Of a DNA stretch of 59,340 nucleotides, positions 19,071 to 29,900 are shown piece after piece. The translations under genes were made by a program, and so were the position numbers. The stretch's first letter is position 1; every line of letters starts with the position of its first letter. Source of the DNA: a virus (taxonomy: Duplodnaviria; Caudoviricetes). The stretch is taken from positions 1-59,340 of IMG/VR virus record IMGVR_UViG_3300035670_000235. One strand, written 5' to 3'. The notes beneath the pieces are model-generated. The model ran no database searches, was not told the origin of the DNA, and saw only the letters and a program-made list of their open reading frames with translations.

Positions 19071-19406
19071 ATGGCTGATTCAATCAAAGTACTAGGTCAG
19101 GTTTCTCCAGCAGCCACTACGCTGACTGATTTGTATGTTGTACCTGCCCAAGCGCAGACCACGGTCAGCAGCATCACGGTCTGCAACACCGGGTCTTCTG
19201 CAGTCACGATCCGCATTTCAGTGGCAGTGGCAAACGCTGCCGACAACGTGAAGCAGTACATCTACTACGACTATGTGATCGGGGCGAAAGACACCCTGCT
19301 CATTGTTATTGGGATGACCCTGAATGAAACCGATAGGGTCAAGGTTTATGCCAGCGCCACCAATGTTGCATTCAACATCTTTGGCGTAGAGACAGCGAGA
19401 GAGTAA
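19071..19406 (+). CDS. Small beta-rich virion protein
   Basis: KVLGQ..P.ATT.TDLY.VP...VCN...FNIFGVE. Confidence 0.6.
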   Translation: MADSIKVLGQVSPAATTLTDLYVVPAQAQTTVSSITVCNTGSSAVTIRISVAVANAADNVKQYIYYDYVIGAKDTLLIVIGMTLNETDRVKVYASATNVAFNIFGVETARE

Positions 19407-19409
19407 ACA

Positions 19410-22400
19410 ATGCCAAACCAGAACATGCAGGGGCTTGCAGCGATATTGGCTGAGCAGGGTCGCAATGGCGACACCATGCTGATGCATGTCGCTCCGAGCG
19501 AAGTGGAGTACCTTGCTGGCTTTGGTGGCATCACCGAGAACCCGATGACGGGTTTGCCGGAGGCATTTAAGTTTAAGGATCTGCTGCCGTTTGTGGGTTC
19601 CGCCTTTCTCGGCCCTGCGTTCAAGGCAGTGGGATTCTCTCCGGGTGTGTCGAACTTTCTAGCCACCACTGCCTCGACTATGTTAGGCGGAGGTAGCCTT
19701 GAGAAAGGCATCATGTCTGGCTTGGTGTCATCCTCGATTGGTCGGCTTGGTAGGAACTTGGCGGATCTTGGCCCTAATGCCGCTGTAGATGCGGCAACAG
19801 GTCAGCCTATTGCAGACACTGGTTACAAGTTCGGCATCTTCAAAAAGCCAGAGACCGGCACATTCGGATCTCGCTATTCACAAGCGTTCCAGTCGCCGGA
19901 GTTTAATCCGGTTCAAATGGTGAAGGCTGCTGGCGAAGCGGGCTTGGATAACCTGCTTGAGCAAATCCAAAAACCCAGCGTCATGATTCCATTTACTGTC
20001 GGTGCTGGTGAACTTGGCCGAATCAAGGCCGAGGAAGATTACGCAAGGCAGTATCAAAACTTCCTTGAGGATCAAGCGGAGCGTCGCCGCAGAATCCGCG
20101 AACGTACCCCACAGATTTTACCGCCATCGAGTCCGTACTATCGTTCACCTGGCATGGCGCAGGGTGGGGCGGTACAGCGGAAGTTCGATGGCTATTCTTT
20201 TGACCTGAGTTTCCTTGACAACATGGGCAGCATGGATTTCCCGCAGCTGCAGGATTTCATGGCATCTCAGGCTGGGCAACAATATGCAGAGCCTAGCCCT
20301 GTCTCGATGGGCGTGATTGGTCAAGAACCAATTTATATGCCGGAACTTGTACAAGAAGTTGCGCAAGTGGATAACCGGGAGGCTGAGTTGGCTGCGGCAA
20401 GAGAGGCAGAGATGGCTGCCGCCCGGGAAGCCGAGTTGATTCGTCAGCGAGAACAAGCTGCTGCCGAGGCAGAGGCTGCTCGTGTTGCTGCTATGCAGCG
20501 TGAAGCGGAGATGCAAAGAGCCGCTGCTGAAGCGGCTGCTGCTGAGCGTGAACGTCAGCGCATGGAGGCAGACCTTGCTCGCAGGGCGGAGGAAGCTGCG
20601 CAGAGGGAAGCCGCTGCCCGCACTAGGGCGGCAGAGGAAGCTGCTCGCAGAGAGGCTGAGCGTATTGCTGCGGAACAGGCTCGCCTTCAGGCGGAGCGTC
20701 AAGCTGAAATGCAACGACAGCAGCAACTAGAAGCACAGCGTCAGGCAGAGCTGGCTCGCGCTGCTCAGCTAGCAGAGGAGGCTCGGCAGGCAGAGATTGC
20801 TCGTCAGCAGGAAGTGGCTAGACAGCAGGAAGCAGCCAGACTTGCCGCTGAGCAGGAAGCATCTAGGCAGGCTGAGTTTGCTAGGCAGCAAGAAGCCATG
20901 CGCGTTGAAGCGGAACGTCAACGCCAAATGGAAGAGGCTCGCCAAGCAGAGGTTATGCGTCAAGCAGAGCTTCAGCGACAAGCCGAAGCTGCCCGTCAAG
21001 CAGAACTGGTTGAGATTCAGCGAAGAGCGGATCTTCAACGACAAGCTGAAATGGAAGTGGCTAGGCAGCAAGAGGCTGCCAGAATTGCTGCTGAAGAAGA
21101 GGCGGCTCGTGCCGCACAGCCCACTGGCATTTTGACTGCCTTGCCGGAGCCTGAGCCATCACCTCCAACTGCGCTTAGCGAGCCTGCAGTTACGCAGTCT
21201 CAGCTTGAGAGGGACATTCTAAATAGAACTGGCCCGGGGTCACCGGAGGGCGAATTAGCCCCGTTGTTTGATGAAGCCCCTGTTGGCCCGGCTCCACTTA
21301 CTGATATCCCGGGATTCACGCCAGCTCCAGAAGGCCCATCTGGGCCGGGCAGTCTGCGTAGCCAAGAGATTCCGACTCCACCTCCCACGATTGTCGCCCC
21401 TACTTCAGCGCCAGCTCCAATTATTACTGATGAGGAAATCATCAATAGTTTGTTTGCACCGGGTGCAGATGTGCCGCAAAGCACGGGCATCAATGAGGAT
21501 GCGCTTTACAACCTTGGTGCTTTGTTGAGTCAACCGAAAGTTGGTGGCGCAGCGGATGTGTCTCGCAACTTTGCAGTTGGCCCAATTTCGGTTGATCCGA
21601 ATGTGGCTGGTACGGCGTTAAGCGGAGAGGCATTTGGTGTGGCGCCGCCGCAGCCGACTCCGCCTCCGCCTGCAACAGCGCAGGATCTCGGCATGAGCCA
21701 AGAGGAGTTGGATGCTATTGCTGCTAACTTCAAACCACTGTATTCGGATGTAGACACCAAGCAGATGGAGCAAGATTTCCTTGCCACCCTGCCGCCGGAG
21801 GAGAAGAAAGCTGTTGAGCAGATGAACGACTACAGTCAGTTCCTGCAAAGCAGATTCAATCAGATCCGAGAAGCACTGGCAGCCAAGGACTTCGAGAAAG
21901 CCTTTGACCTTGCCATCTCCGGTGACAAGCAGTACATCAAGGAATACAACCCGGGTGAGATGACGCAAGGCATCTTTACTGCCAACTTGATGCGTACATC
22001 TGACATCTCCCAGATGACTGGGCCGATGACAGAAGAAGATATTCGCGCCTATTACGAGGCGATGCCGGTTAATGAAGTGATCCCGCTTCTGTACCCGGGT
22101 GCGAAGGTGGGCGATTACATCTACACCTTGGACAAGAACAAGGCGATGCAGCAAGACATCGCTAACCTGAGAGCATCTGGTGGCACTGGGTTCCCGAGTG
22201 CGGCCAATCAGGTTGGCATGAAGTCAACCAAGCAGAACCTCACTATCCCGCTGATTGCGGCAGCACTGGCTTTCGCCGGTGTGCCGTTTGCACTGGGCGA
22301 TGCGATCGCTTCTAGCTCTATTGGCGCAAAGCTTGGCCTTGCTGGTCTTGGTAAAGCCGGAACGACTGCGCTTGGTTCGGCCATCATTGGCGCATCTGGC

Positions 22401-24203
22401 TCTGCCCTTCAGGGTGGTAGCTTTGAGGATGCACTGAAGGCTGGATTGATGGCTGCTGGCTTTAGCTTCATAGCTGAAACGGCGCTTGGCGAGATCAAAG
22501 AAGCCTACAACAACTGGGCATTCGACAATCTGCCTGCCGGTGAGCAAGTAGCCAATACTTTGGTCACCGTTGCTGATCCTAGCAACGTGATTGTGACGGC
22601 AGTAAATCAAGCCAACAACATTGCCCAGTCTGTTACCCAGACTGCTGCGCAACTTGCGGCTCAGCAGGTCTCTCAGCCTGAAGTCAAGGTCGAGACGACT
22701 CGCGATGTGACTCAACCCAGTGTTCCTGCGCCAGTTGCTCCTCCGCCTGCCCCGCCGGTTCAAACGCCGCTGGATCAAGTTACTGTCACGACGCAGCAGC
22801 AGCAGCCTCAGCAGCCGAACGTGCCTGTCGTGGTAGCGCCGCCTGCGCCTCCCGCTCCACCACCTCCTCCGGTCATCGAGACGCCGTTGGATCAAGTGAC
22901 GGTGACAACGCAGCAGCCGACCACGCAGCAGCCAAATGTTCCTGTTGTGGTTCCGCCTCCAGCGCCACCAGTTCGTGTTGAGCCGCCATTGGATCAGGTG
23001 ACCGTAACGACTAGCCCAACCACTCAAGATAGGGTGAATGTGCCGGTTGTTGTGCCGCCGCCTGCGCCTCCACCTGTTGTCCAGACACCGCTGGATCAGG
23101 TCACTGTCACAACCAGACCTGTAACTGATGACAGGCTTAATGTGCCGACTCCGGTTCAGCCACCGCCGACTCCGATCGAGTTGACTGCCCCCGTTGAAGA
23201 GATCGTGGTAAGCACAACAAAGCCACCCAAAGATGAACTCAATATCCCCGACCTGACGATCCCGCTAACAACACCTGTGACGCCACCGGTGGAGCCGGTT
23301 ATCAATACGCCAGATCTTTTGGATAAGCTGAAAGATAAAACCAAAGATGTCCTTGAGGACGTTGCTGTATCCCAGCTTATCAGTGCTTTAATTCCAAAGC
23401 CTAAAGCGCCAACTACATCTCAAACAACCACTAGACCGCCAACCACTCAGTACACAATACCCGAGGGTTTTGAAAGACGCTATGTGGCGGCACCGGGGGA
23501 TTACAGGCATGGATTCTTGCCAGAATTCCTGTTCTTCGAAAACCTCAATCCACCCGCTGTTGAGGTGGGATCTCCATCCACAACGCCAACTGATCCAACA
23601 AGACCAGACAGGCCAGATACTATCGACGAAAGAATCGAACCCAAAGCCGCAGGCGGGAAGATCAAGTCCTATTCCCCTCGTGGATATTTGGATCTGATCC
23701 AAGGCTACAGCGAGGGCGGTGAGATCGAGGATGAGGAGAGCATTGAAGAGGAAGTGGCTGAGTACTCGGAAGCCCCGATGACGGACGGCAGTCGAGGACT
23801 CATCCAACTTGCTCAGGCAGCAATTCTTGGTCAACTGCCAGAAGAACAAACCGATGACGTCATTCAGAAGTTCATCGATCTGCATGGCAATAAGGCATTC
23901 CGAGAACTTCGCGAGAAGACGCTGGAGTCCGTTGCGAATGGCAGCCGCAAGGAAGGTATGATCGAAGGTCATACTGGCGGTATGGACGATATGGTTGAAG
24001 GCGTGATCGGGAGTTCAGAGCGAGTGGCAGTGTCGCCGGGTGAGTTCATCATCCCCGCTGATGTGGTCAGCATGTTGGGTGATGGCAACAGTGACTCCGG
24101 CAGAACCAAGCTCGAACAGATGATGTCTCGCGTTAGGAAAGATAAGACGGGTTCAACCAAGCAGGCGAAACCCATCAACTCAGCCAAAGTTTTACCTGCT
24201 TAA
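19410..24203 (+). CDS. 1597-aa putative internal virion/ejection protein
   Basis: GR.GDTML.H...NP.TGLPEAF N-terminus; A/E/Q/R coiled coil; Pro-rich repeats; C-terminal DD.V...S.GEFIIPADVVS.LG.GNSD.G. Confidence 0.7.
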   Translation: MPNQNMQGLAAILAEQGRNGDTMLMHVAPSEVEYLAGFGGITENPMTGLPEAFKFKDLLPFVGSAFLGPAFKAVGFSPGVSNFLATTASTMLGGGSLEKGIMSGLVSSSIGRLGRNLADLGPNAAVDAATGQPIADTGYKFGIFKKPETGTFGSRYSQAFQSPEFNPVQMVKAAGEAGLDNLLEQIQKPSVMIPFTVGAGELGRIKAEEDYARQYQNFLEDQAERRRRIRERTPQILPPSSPYYRSPGMAQGGAVQRKFDGYSFDLSFLDNMGSMDFPQLQDFMASQAGQQYAEPSPVSMGVIGQEPIYMPELVQEVAQVDNREAELAAAREAEMAAAREAELIRQREQAAAEAEAARVAAMQREAEMQRAAAEAAAAERERQRMEADLARRAEEAAQREAAARTRAAEEAARREAERIAAEQARLQAERQAEMQRQQQLEAQRQAELARAAQLAEEARQAEIARQQEVARQQEAARLAAEQEASRQAEFARQQEAMRVEAERQRQMEEARQAEVMRQAELQRQAEAARQAELVEIQRRADLQRQAEMEVARQQEAARIAAEEEAARAAQPTGILTALPEPEPSPPTALSEPAVTQSQLERDILNRTGPGSPEGELAPLFDEAPVGPAPLTDIPGFTPAPEGPSGPGSLRSQEIPTPPPTIVAPTSAPAPIITDEEIINSLFAPGADVPQSTGINEDALYNLGALLSQPKVGGAADVSRNFAVGPISVDPNVAGTALSGEAFGVAPPQPTPPPPATAQDLGMSQEELDAIAANFKPLYSDVDTKQMEQDFLATLPPEEKKAVEQMNDYSQFLQSRFNQIREALAAKDFEKAFDLAISGDKQYIKEYNPGEMTQGIFTANLMRTSDISQMTGPMTEEDIRAYYEAMPVNEVIPLLYPGAKVGDYIYTLDKNKAMQQDIANLRASGGTGFPSAANQVGMKSTKQNLTIPLIAAALAFAGVPFALGDAIASSSIGAKLGLAGLGKAGTTALGSAIIGASGSALQGGSFEDALKAGLMAAGFSFIAETALGEIKEAYNNWAFDNLPAGEQVANTLVTVADPSNVIVTAVNQANNIAQSVTQTAAQLAAQQVSQPEVKVETTRDVTQPSVPAPVAPPPAPPVQTPLDQVTVTTQQQQPQQPNVPVVVAPPAPPAPPPPPVIETPLDQVTVTTQQPTTQQPNVPVVVPPPAPPVRVEPPLDQVTVTTSPTTQDRVNVPVVVPPPAPPPVVQTPLDQVTVTTRPVTDDRLNVPTPVQPPPTPIELTAPVEEIVVSTTKPPKDELNIPDLTIPLTTPVTPPVEPVINTPDLLDKLKDKTKDVLEDVAVSQLISALIPKPKAPTTSQTTTRPPTTQYTIPEGFERRYVAAPGDYRHGFLPEFLFFENLNPPAVEVGSPSTTPTDPTRPDRPDTIDERIEPKAAGGKIKSYSPRGYLDLIQGYSEGGEIEDEESIEEEVAEYSEAPMTDGSRGLIQLAQAAILGQLPEEQTDDVIQKFIDLHGNKAFRELREKTLESVANGSRKEGMIEGHTGGMDDMVEGVIGSSERVAVSPGEFIIPADVVSMLGDGNSDSGRTKLEQMMSRVRKDKTGSTKQAKPINSAKVLPA
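22680..23220 (+). repeat. Coding repeats PLDQVTVTT (x4) with Pro-rich linkers
   Basis: Units near 22767, 22884, 22986 and 23088, plus variants EVKVETT and EEIVVST. Confidence 0.85.
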
Positions 24204-24214
24204 GAGGATAGGTC

Positions 24215-25471
24215 ATGGCAGAAACAGCACCCACCAGTACCACGGTTTACCAACAGGCACTGCCTGAGTACGCCGCCCCTTACTTCGAGCGTCTCCTGCA
24301 ACGTGCAGAGACGGAAAGTCTGCAGGGGTATCAGCCGTACACAGGCGCAAGGCTCGCCGACTTCACTGCCGGAGAATTGGCAGCTCAGACCGGCATTGCC
24401 GGGCTTACAGCTCCCGCTCAGATTGCGGCAGCCACTGGTGTGGCGACGAGGGCAGCGGCAAGTCCAGCGGGTGTCCCGACTGCCTTTGATTACGCCAAGG
24501 GTTATCAGCCAGGAGCCTTTGCAGCGGCGTACACGCCGACCGATATCACCTCTGGCTACACCGCTGGAGTCGGCCCTGCGGCTTATGAGGCTGGAATATT
24601 GGGCGGCATGGGGCCATTCACCGCCGATGTTGCCGCTCGCTACATGACGCCCTACCAAGAGGCAGTCACTAGCGCAGCGGTACGAGAGCTGGAGAAGGGT
24701 GCTGAGCGAGCCAGAACCGGCATTGGTCAGGCGGCAGCACAGGCGGGTGGTCGCGGCGGATATCGAGAGGCTTTGGAGCGATCCGAGTTACAACGTAACA
24801 TCCTTGAGCAGATTGGCGACGTCACTGCCAAGGGCCGAGCCGCTGCCTATGAATCTGCCATGCAGCAATATGAGCGAGATCGTCAGGCTCAGTTGGCAGG
24901 TTTCCAGACCCAAGAGGCTGCGAGACAGGCGGCAGCAGCCAGTGGCTTGGCTGGCTTTCAAGCACAGGAAGCAGCGCGTCAGGCTCAAACTCAGTTTGGC
25001 ATGACCGCTCAGCAGGCTAGCCAGCAGCAGCGTCAGGCAGCGGCAGAGTTGGCCGCTCGTCAGGAAGCGGCTCGCGAGGCTGCCCGTCAGCAGCAGACGC
25101 AGTTTGGTTTGGCCGGATTGCAACAAGATCTGGCCGGACGCCAGCAGCAGTTGGCAGCCGCTCAGACCTTAGGTCAGCTGGGTCAGACCCAGCAGGCTTT
25201 GGATCTGGAGCGATTAGCCCAGCAGGAGTCGGTGGGTCAGCGGAAGCGAGCATTGGACCAAGCCTCGCTCGATGTCGGCTATCAGGACTTCCTGAACCAG
25301 ATGGGCTACACCCAAGGTCAGCTTGGGTTCTATTCCAACATCCTGCGCGGTGTTCCGGTGCAGCCGCAACAGACCGTCTCTACATTCCAACAGCAGCCCA
25401 GCCTGTTCCAGTCTGTACTGGGAGCCGGTATCGGCGGACTCGGACTTTACAATGCCTTGCGAGGGGGCTAA
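24215..25471 (+). CDS. Putative DNA ejection/pilot protein
   Basis: LPEYA.PY...YQPY.G.RLA.F; YM.PY; Gln/Ala-rich; Gly-rich hydrophobic C-terminus. Confidence 0.65.
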   Translation: MAETAPTSTTVYQQALPEYAAPYFERLLQRAETESLQGYQPYTGARLADFTAGELAAQTGIAGLTAPAQIAAATGVATRAAASPAGVPTAFDYAKGYQPGAFAAAYTPTDITSGYTAGVGPAAYEAGILGGMGPFTADVAARYMTPYQEAVTSAAVRELEKGAERARTGIGQAAAQAGGRGGYREALERSELQRNILEQIGDVTAKGRAAAYESAMQQYERDRQAQLAGFQTQEAARQAAAASGLAGFQAQEAARQAQTQFGMTAQQASQQQRQAAAELAARQEAAREAARQQQTQFGLAGLQQDLAGRQQQLAAAQTLGQLGQTQQALDLERLAQQESVGQRKRALDQASLDVGYQDFLNQMGYTQGQLGFYSNILRGVPVQPQQTVSTFQQQPSLFQSVLGAGIGGLGLYNALRGG

Positions 25472-25474
25472 TCC

Positions 25475-26890
25475 ATGAGCCTTATTGACCAGCAAAAAGA
25501 TCTGGAGAACTTCAGCGATCAAGCCCTCCTGCAAGAAGCCATGCAGCCGAGGCGGGGATACCCCCCGTTCTTGGTTGCCGCCGAGATTCAGCGCAGGCAG
25601 CAGGATCGCAGTCGGGTACAGCAGCAGACCATGGCAGCCCAACCAGAGGCTCCTCCGGTGGCCATGCAGCAGGCTGCTCAGTTTGCCAGCCAGATGGCTC
25701 CTATGGCGCAACCAGAGCCTGTTATGGGCGGTATGCCGCCAGAAGCAGGTATGGGCATGGCCGGTTCCATGGCCGGTTCTATGCCCTCTCCTGAGCCTGT
25801 AGGGATTATGGGTGCCGCCCCCGTGCAGGCCATGGCAGGCGGCGGGGAAGTGAAGCGGATGCAGGCGGGCATGAATGTGCCGGGTCAGCCGCTGAGTAAC
25901 CTGATTCGTCGAGGGCTTTCAGCCCTTAGCCCACGTCGCTCTGGCACCAGCCTGATGCGCGAGATCGCTCGGGTTGAAGCCGCTGGCGGTGATGCCTCTG
26001 CGCTTAAGGCTGAGCTTGCAAGGGTGCAGCGTGGTATTGCGCCAGAAGTTGGCGCTGCTCCAGTGGCTACACCGTCCTCTGCCCCCGGTATCGCGTCAGT
26101 GGCTGCGCCGAGCCAGATAGACATGGCGAGTGTGCTAAACGCACCGCAGGGTTCATATCTGCGTGGCGTCCCCGTTGGCGGAGCAACCGCGACCACAGAG
26201 AGGGTGGCCGCTCCCTCTGCCAAACCCGCAGCGGTCACGCCTCGCGCTGCCCCTGCCGGCATCGAGCAGCTGCAGGAAGTGGCGGTGACGGGCAAGCGTA
26301 CCGATCCCTACTACCTCGAAGCCGCTGGCGAGATGTACAAGTTCGCTCCGAGTCGCGAGGATTTCGAGCGTCGAAGCCGTGCCGAGACTCTGGTCGGACT
26401 GGGCGAGATCATTGGTGGCGCCACACAGCGCGGTGATATCGCCAAGGGATTGGCTGCCCTGACCCGTCAGCGTTTGGCTGGTGAGCGTGAGATGCAGCGA
26501 GAGGAGCGGGACTTCCGCATGGCGATGATGGGGCTTCGTGGTCAGGAGCGAGCAGAGACTCGCGCCGAGGCTCGTGAGACAGCCGCCATTGCTCGCGATG
26601 AGGCTCGCTTCAAAGCGGAAATGGATTACAAACTTCGGGATCTCGATATGCGTCGGGCAGCCCTTAGGGAAGAAACCGCTGCTCGCATACGGGCAGCAAA
26701 CAATGATGCAGAGCGTTTAGCGATTCAGCAGAGAGCGGCTGATGTTGAAGAGCAGTTGCTGGCAGCGCGTGAGGATCTCCTTAAGGCGCAGGCTGAATAC
26801 TATCGCGGCAAGGGCGTCAGCACGCTACCATTCGGTGGTCAGAACCAGTTCGCCACAGCACAGGATATCTCTGCTGCCCTCGGACAATAA
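25475..26890 (+). CDS. Putative internal virion/ejection protein
   Basis: MAGGGEV motif, low-complexity and coiled-coil segments, between pilot and giant protein. Confidence 0.6.
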   Translation: MSLIDQQKDLENFSDQALLQEAMQPRRGYPPFLVAAEIQRRQQDRSRVQQQTMAAQPEAPPVAMQQAAQFASQMAPMAQPEPVMGGMPPEAGMGMAGSMAGSMPSPEPVGIMGAAPVQAMAGGGEVKRMQAGMNVPGQPLSNLIRRGLSALSPRRSGTSLMREIARVEAAGGDASALKAELARVQRGIAPEVGAAPVATPSSAPGIASVAAPSQIDMASVLNAPQGSYLRGVPVGGATATTERVAAPSAKPAAVTPRAAPAGIEQLQEVAVTGKRTDPYYLEAAGEMYKFAPSREDFERRSRAETLVGLGEIIGGATQRGDIAKGLAALTRQRLAGEREMQREERDFRMAMMGLRGQERAETRAEARETAAIARDEARFKAEMDYKLRDLDMRRAALREETAARIRAANNDAERLAIQQRAADVEEQLLAAREDLLKAQAEYYRGKGVSTLPFGGQNQFATAQDISAALGQ

Positions 26891-26906
26891 TTGCGGGAGT
26901 TTTTGA

Positions 26907-29900
26907 ATGGCAGTTACGCCGACCCCGAAGAAGCGACTTCTTCTTCCGGACAATTCCTTTTTGGAGTTGCCGGATGTAGTCACTGAGGAAGATAAGTACC
27001 GCATCTCACTGGATCTCGCTCAGAGATTCCCAGATGAATATGGTTCACTGCTAGATCCATACCAGACATTTGCTGGCGGAGCAGCAGAGTTCTTCAAGGG
27101 TATCCCACGAGGCTTCGCCAGTTCACTGGTAGGCGCAGCACAAGGTGCTGTGGGCTTGGTAACGCCGGGGGTAGATACCGAGTTCGAATCTAATCTTGCC
27201 GCTGCGCAAAAATACCTTGAAGACGAAAGTGTGTTGGCTCCCGAGGAGCCGTACAAAGACTTCTTCGCCACCAAGTTAGGTGCAGGTCTTGGCTCTGTTG
27301 CCACCTACGCAATGCCGGGTGGTATCGCTAAAGCCCTTGGCGCCTCCGCCACTGGAGTGGCTGCGCGATCGGCTGGTCTTGGCATGGCAGTCACTGGTGG
27401 TGCTGGTGAGCAAGCACAGCGCATTCAGCAAGAGCGAGAACTCGGGAACGACATCACGACAGGCAGTGAAGCTGCTGCTCTCTTAGGTGGCGCAGGTGTC
27501 GGCGCCACCGAGATGATCCCGATCAATCGGTTATTTAGCAAGGTCACGCCAGAGACAGGCAGTGCGTTGCTGAATATCTTCTCGCGCATGGATAAGCGCA
27601 GCCCTCTGGCTGGCAGTGTATCGGACGACATCATCCGCCTCACCAAGGGTGCTGCCTCACAAGGCTTTGCAGAAGGTCTGCAGGAAGGCTTGGCTGGCAT
27701 GGCGCAGAACGTCGTCAGCAATGTGGCCTATGACGCTGACATCGAGGTTGGCGACTCCTTCCTCGATGACCTGATGGTGGGTGGCGGTGTCGGTGCGATC
27801 GCTGATGTGATCGTGGATGCCATGGGCGGTCGCCGTACCGTTGCCAATAAGATATACCGCGACAAGGAAGAGCAGCTTCGCAAGCAACGCATTGAGCGTT
27901 ACAACGCCGAGCAAGCAGAAGAATTGCGTAAGCAGCGCATGGACGAGATGGTTAAGCGTGGTCAGCCGCCAGAAGGTGTGCTGATGCTGCCGCCTCCTGC
28001 TGCCACACCCTCTGCCACGCCCACTATTGATGGCGTTTACACTGTATCGCCAGCTGGCAATCCTGATCGCTTCACTAGAGCGACGGTGTTCACATCGCCT
28101 GATGGTAGGGGCGGTCTTTCCACGATGGTGTACAGCCCCGAGAGCGAGGGCTACTTCGATATCACCGAAGAACTGCAGCGTGGCCGCAGCGTAGAAGATG
28201 CGGTGGCGATGGCAGTGGCTGGTGACTTTGGGTTCACCCGAGATCTGCCTGCATTGGGATCTGCTGCAATCAAGCAGAGCTTTAGTGTTGCCAAGGATGC
28301 CACCATCCCGAGCATCGATCCGAATCGAATTCAGGCTGAACTGGAAGGCGGTCGGTTCTCTGCTCCCAACGAAGACTCGTTCATCAAAGTACAGCCTCTG
28401 CCGAATGGTAGCTTCGGGCTAGTTGATGTCACTACAGGGATGCCTGTTGACGGTGGGATGTACTCCACGGTCAACGATGCTTTTGCCAGCTTGCGGCAAA
28501 TCAATGACCAGAACGCTGCAATCTCTGCAGCGAATGTCCTGAACTACACCGGCCTTATTAAAAACAATCCGGCTTACCGACTCGCTGCATCGTTGCGTTC
28601 GCCCAAGAACCGCTTGATCCAGAAGTCGGTGGTGGCTGCGTATCTGCCTAAGGATAAGCGCAAAGATCTCAAGGATTTCTATTCGCCTGAAGAAGCCAAG
28701 AAGCTGCTTGGGCCGAAAGACTTCGACGAGATGATGCAGGGCTTTGGTCAGATCACAGAGACCAATGATCTTCTGCGTAAGTACGTGGCTGATCCTGTTG
28801 GTATCAACCCCAACAAGCGAACCATTACATCCTCTGCCCTGACTAAACTCGGCAAGGATAAGAACCTCAAGATCGACATCAAGGACAAGGCGTTCAAGGA
28901 TTACGCCAAGTACTGGACGGGTGCTGAGAACTGGGCAGATATGTCCAATGGTCAGCGCCTGTACCTGATGACCCGCATTGCCAACAACCCGGCGATGCCA
29001 GAGATGATCAAGTTCCCGAATCTGTTTCAGCGGCAGTACAGAAGGCCGCAGTTTGAAGCAGTGCTGGGCAAGCTCGGTCAGGCACAGAAGGATGGCAAGA
29101 CAGCGGCCATCTCTGTTTCGGATATCCAAAAGGAAACGGGATTATCTGCCCCTGCCGCCAAGCAGATGTTTAGCGACCTGATATTCAGTGGTCGCGTCAA
29201 GCCTGTTGCTCCCGGCAAGATCCAGCTGATCCGCTCTGAGCAGGACTATCAGGCAGATAAAACTGCCAAGGCTGACGGCCTTATCCAGAACGAGACGGTC
29301 GAGCAGACTGCCTCTCGTCTGCGTGGCGCTGGATTCACTGACGAATCTGTCAAGCAAGTTGAGAAGCAAGTACAGCAGCAAACCGTTGAGCCGAAGTCCC
29401 CGACACCGGCTGTCAAGGCTGAGATCGATGCTCGCGAAACGGCTGCTGTCGCACAAGGCGCTAACCCGCAGAAGGAACGCACCGCCTCTAACTTCGACAA
29501 GATCATCGCTGATGCGCTTAACCGCTACGGCATTGCCAAGTTCGTCAAGCATCAGCTTGAGACCGACGCTGCCAAGACTCGCAAGCTGCCTAATGGACAG
29601 ATTGTGATGCGGGTGGGCTACTTCTCACCGCTGAAGAAGATGATCACCGTGAATGTGGGTGATCAGATTAATGACCCCAACATCTCCATCGAGGAGATTG
29701 TGCGTCGCATCAGCGGCACGGTTGACCATGAGGTTATTCACGCCATGCGTGAAGCCGATATGTTCACCGAGAAGGAGTGGAACACGCTCTCCAACTTCGT
29801 CAGGACTGCCAAAATCGACAAGGCATTCCTTGATCAGGCTGGTGACAAGAGCCTTATGGCTGTTGGCGGCAAGGGCAAACAGATCACCACGATGCTCGAT

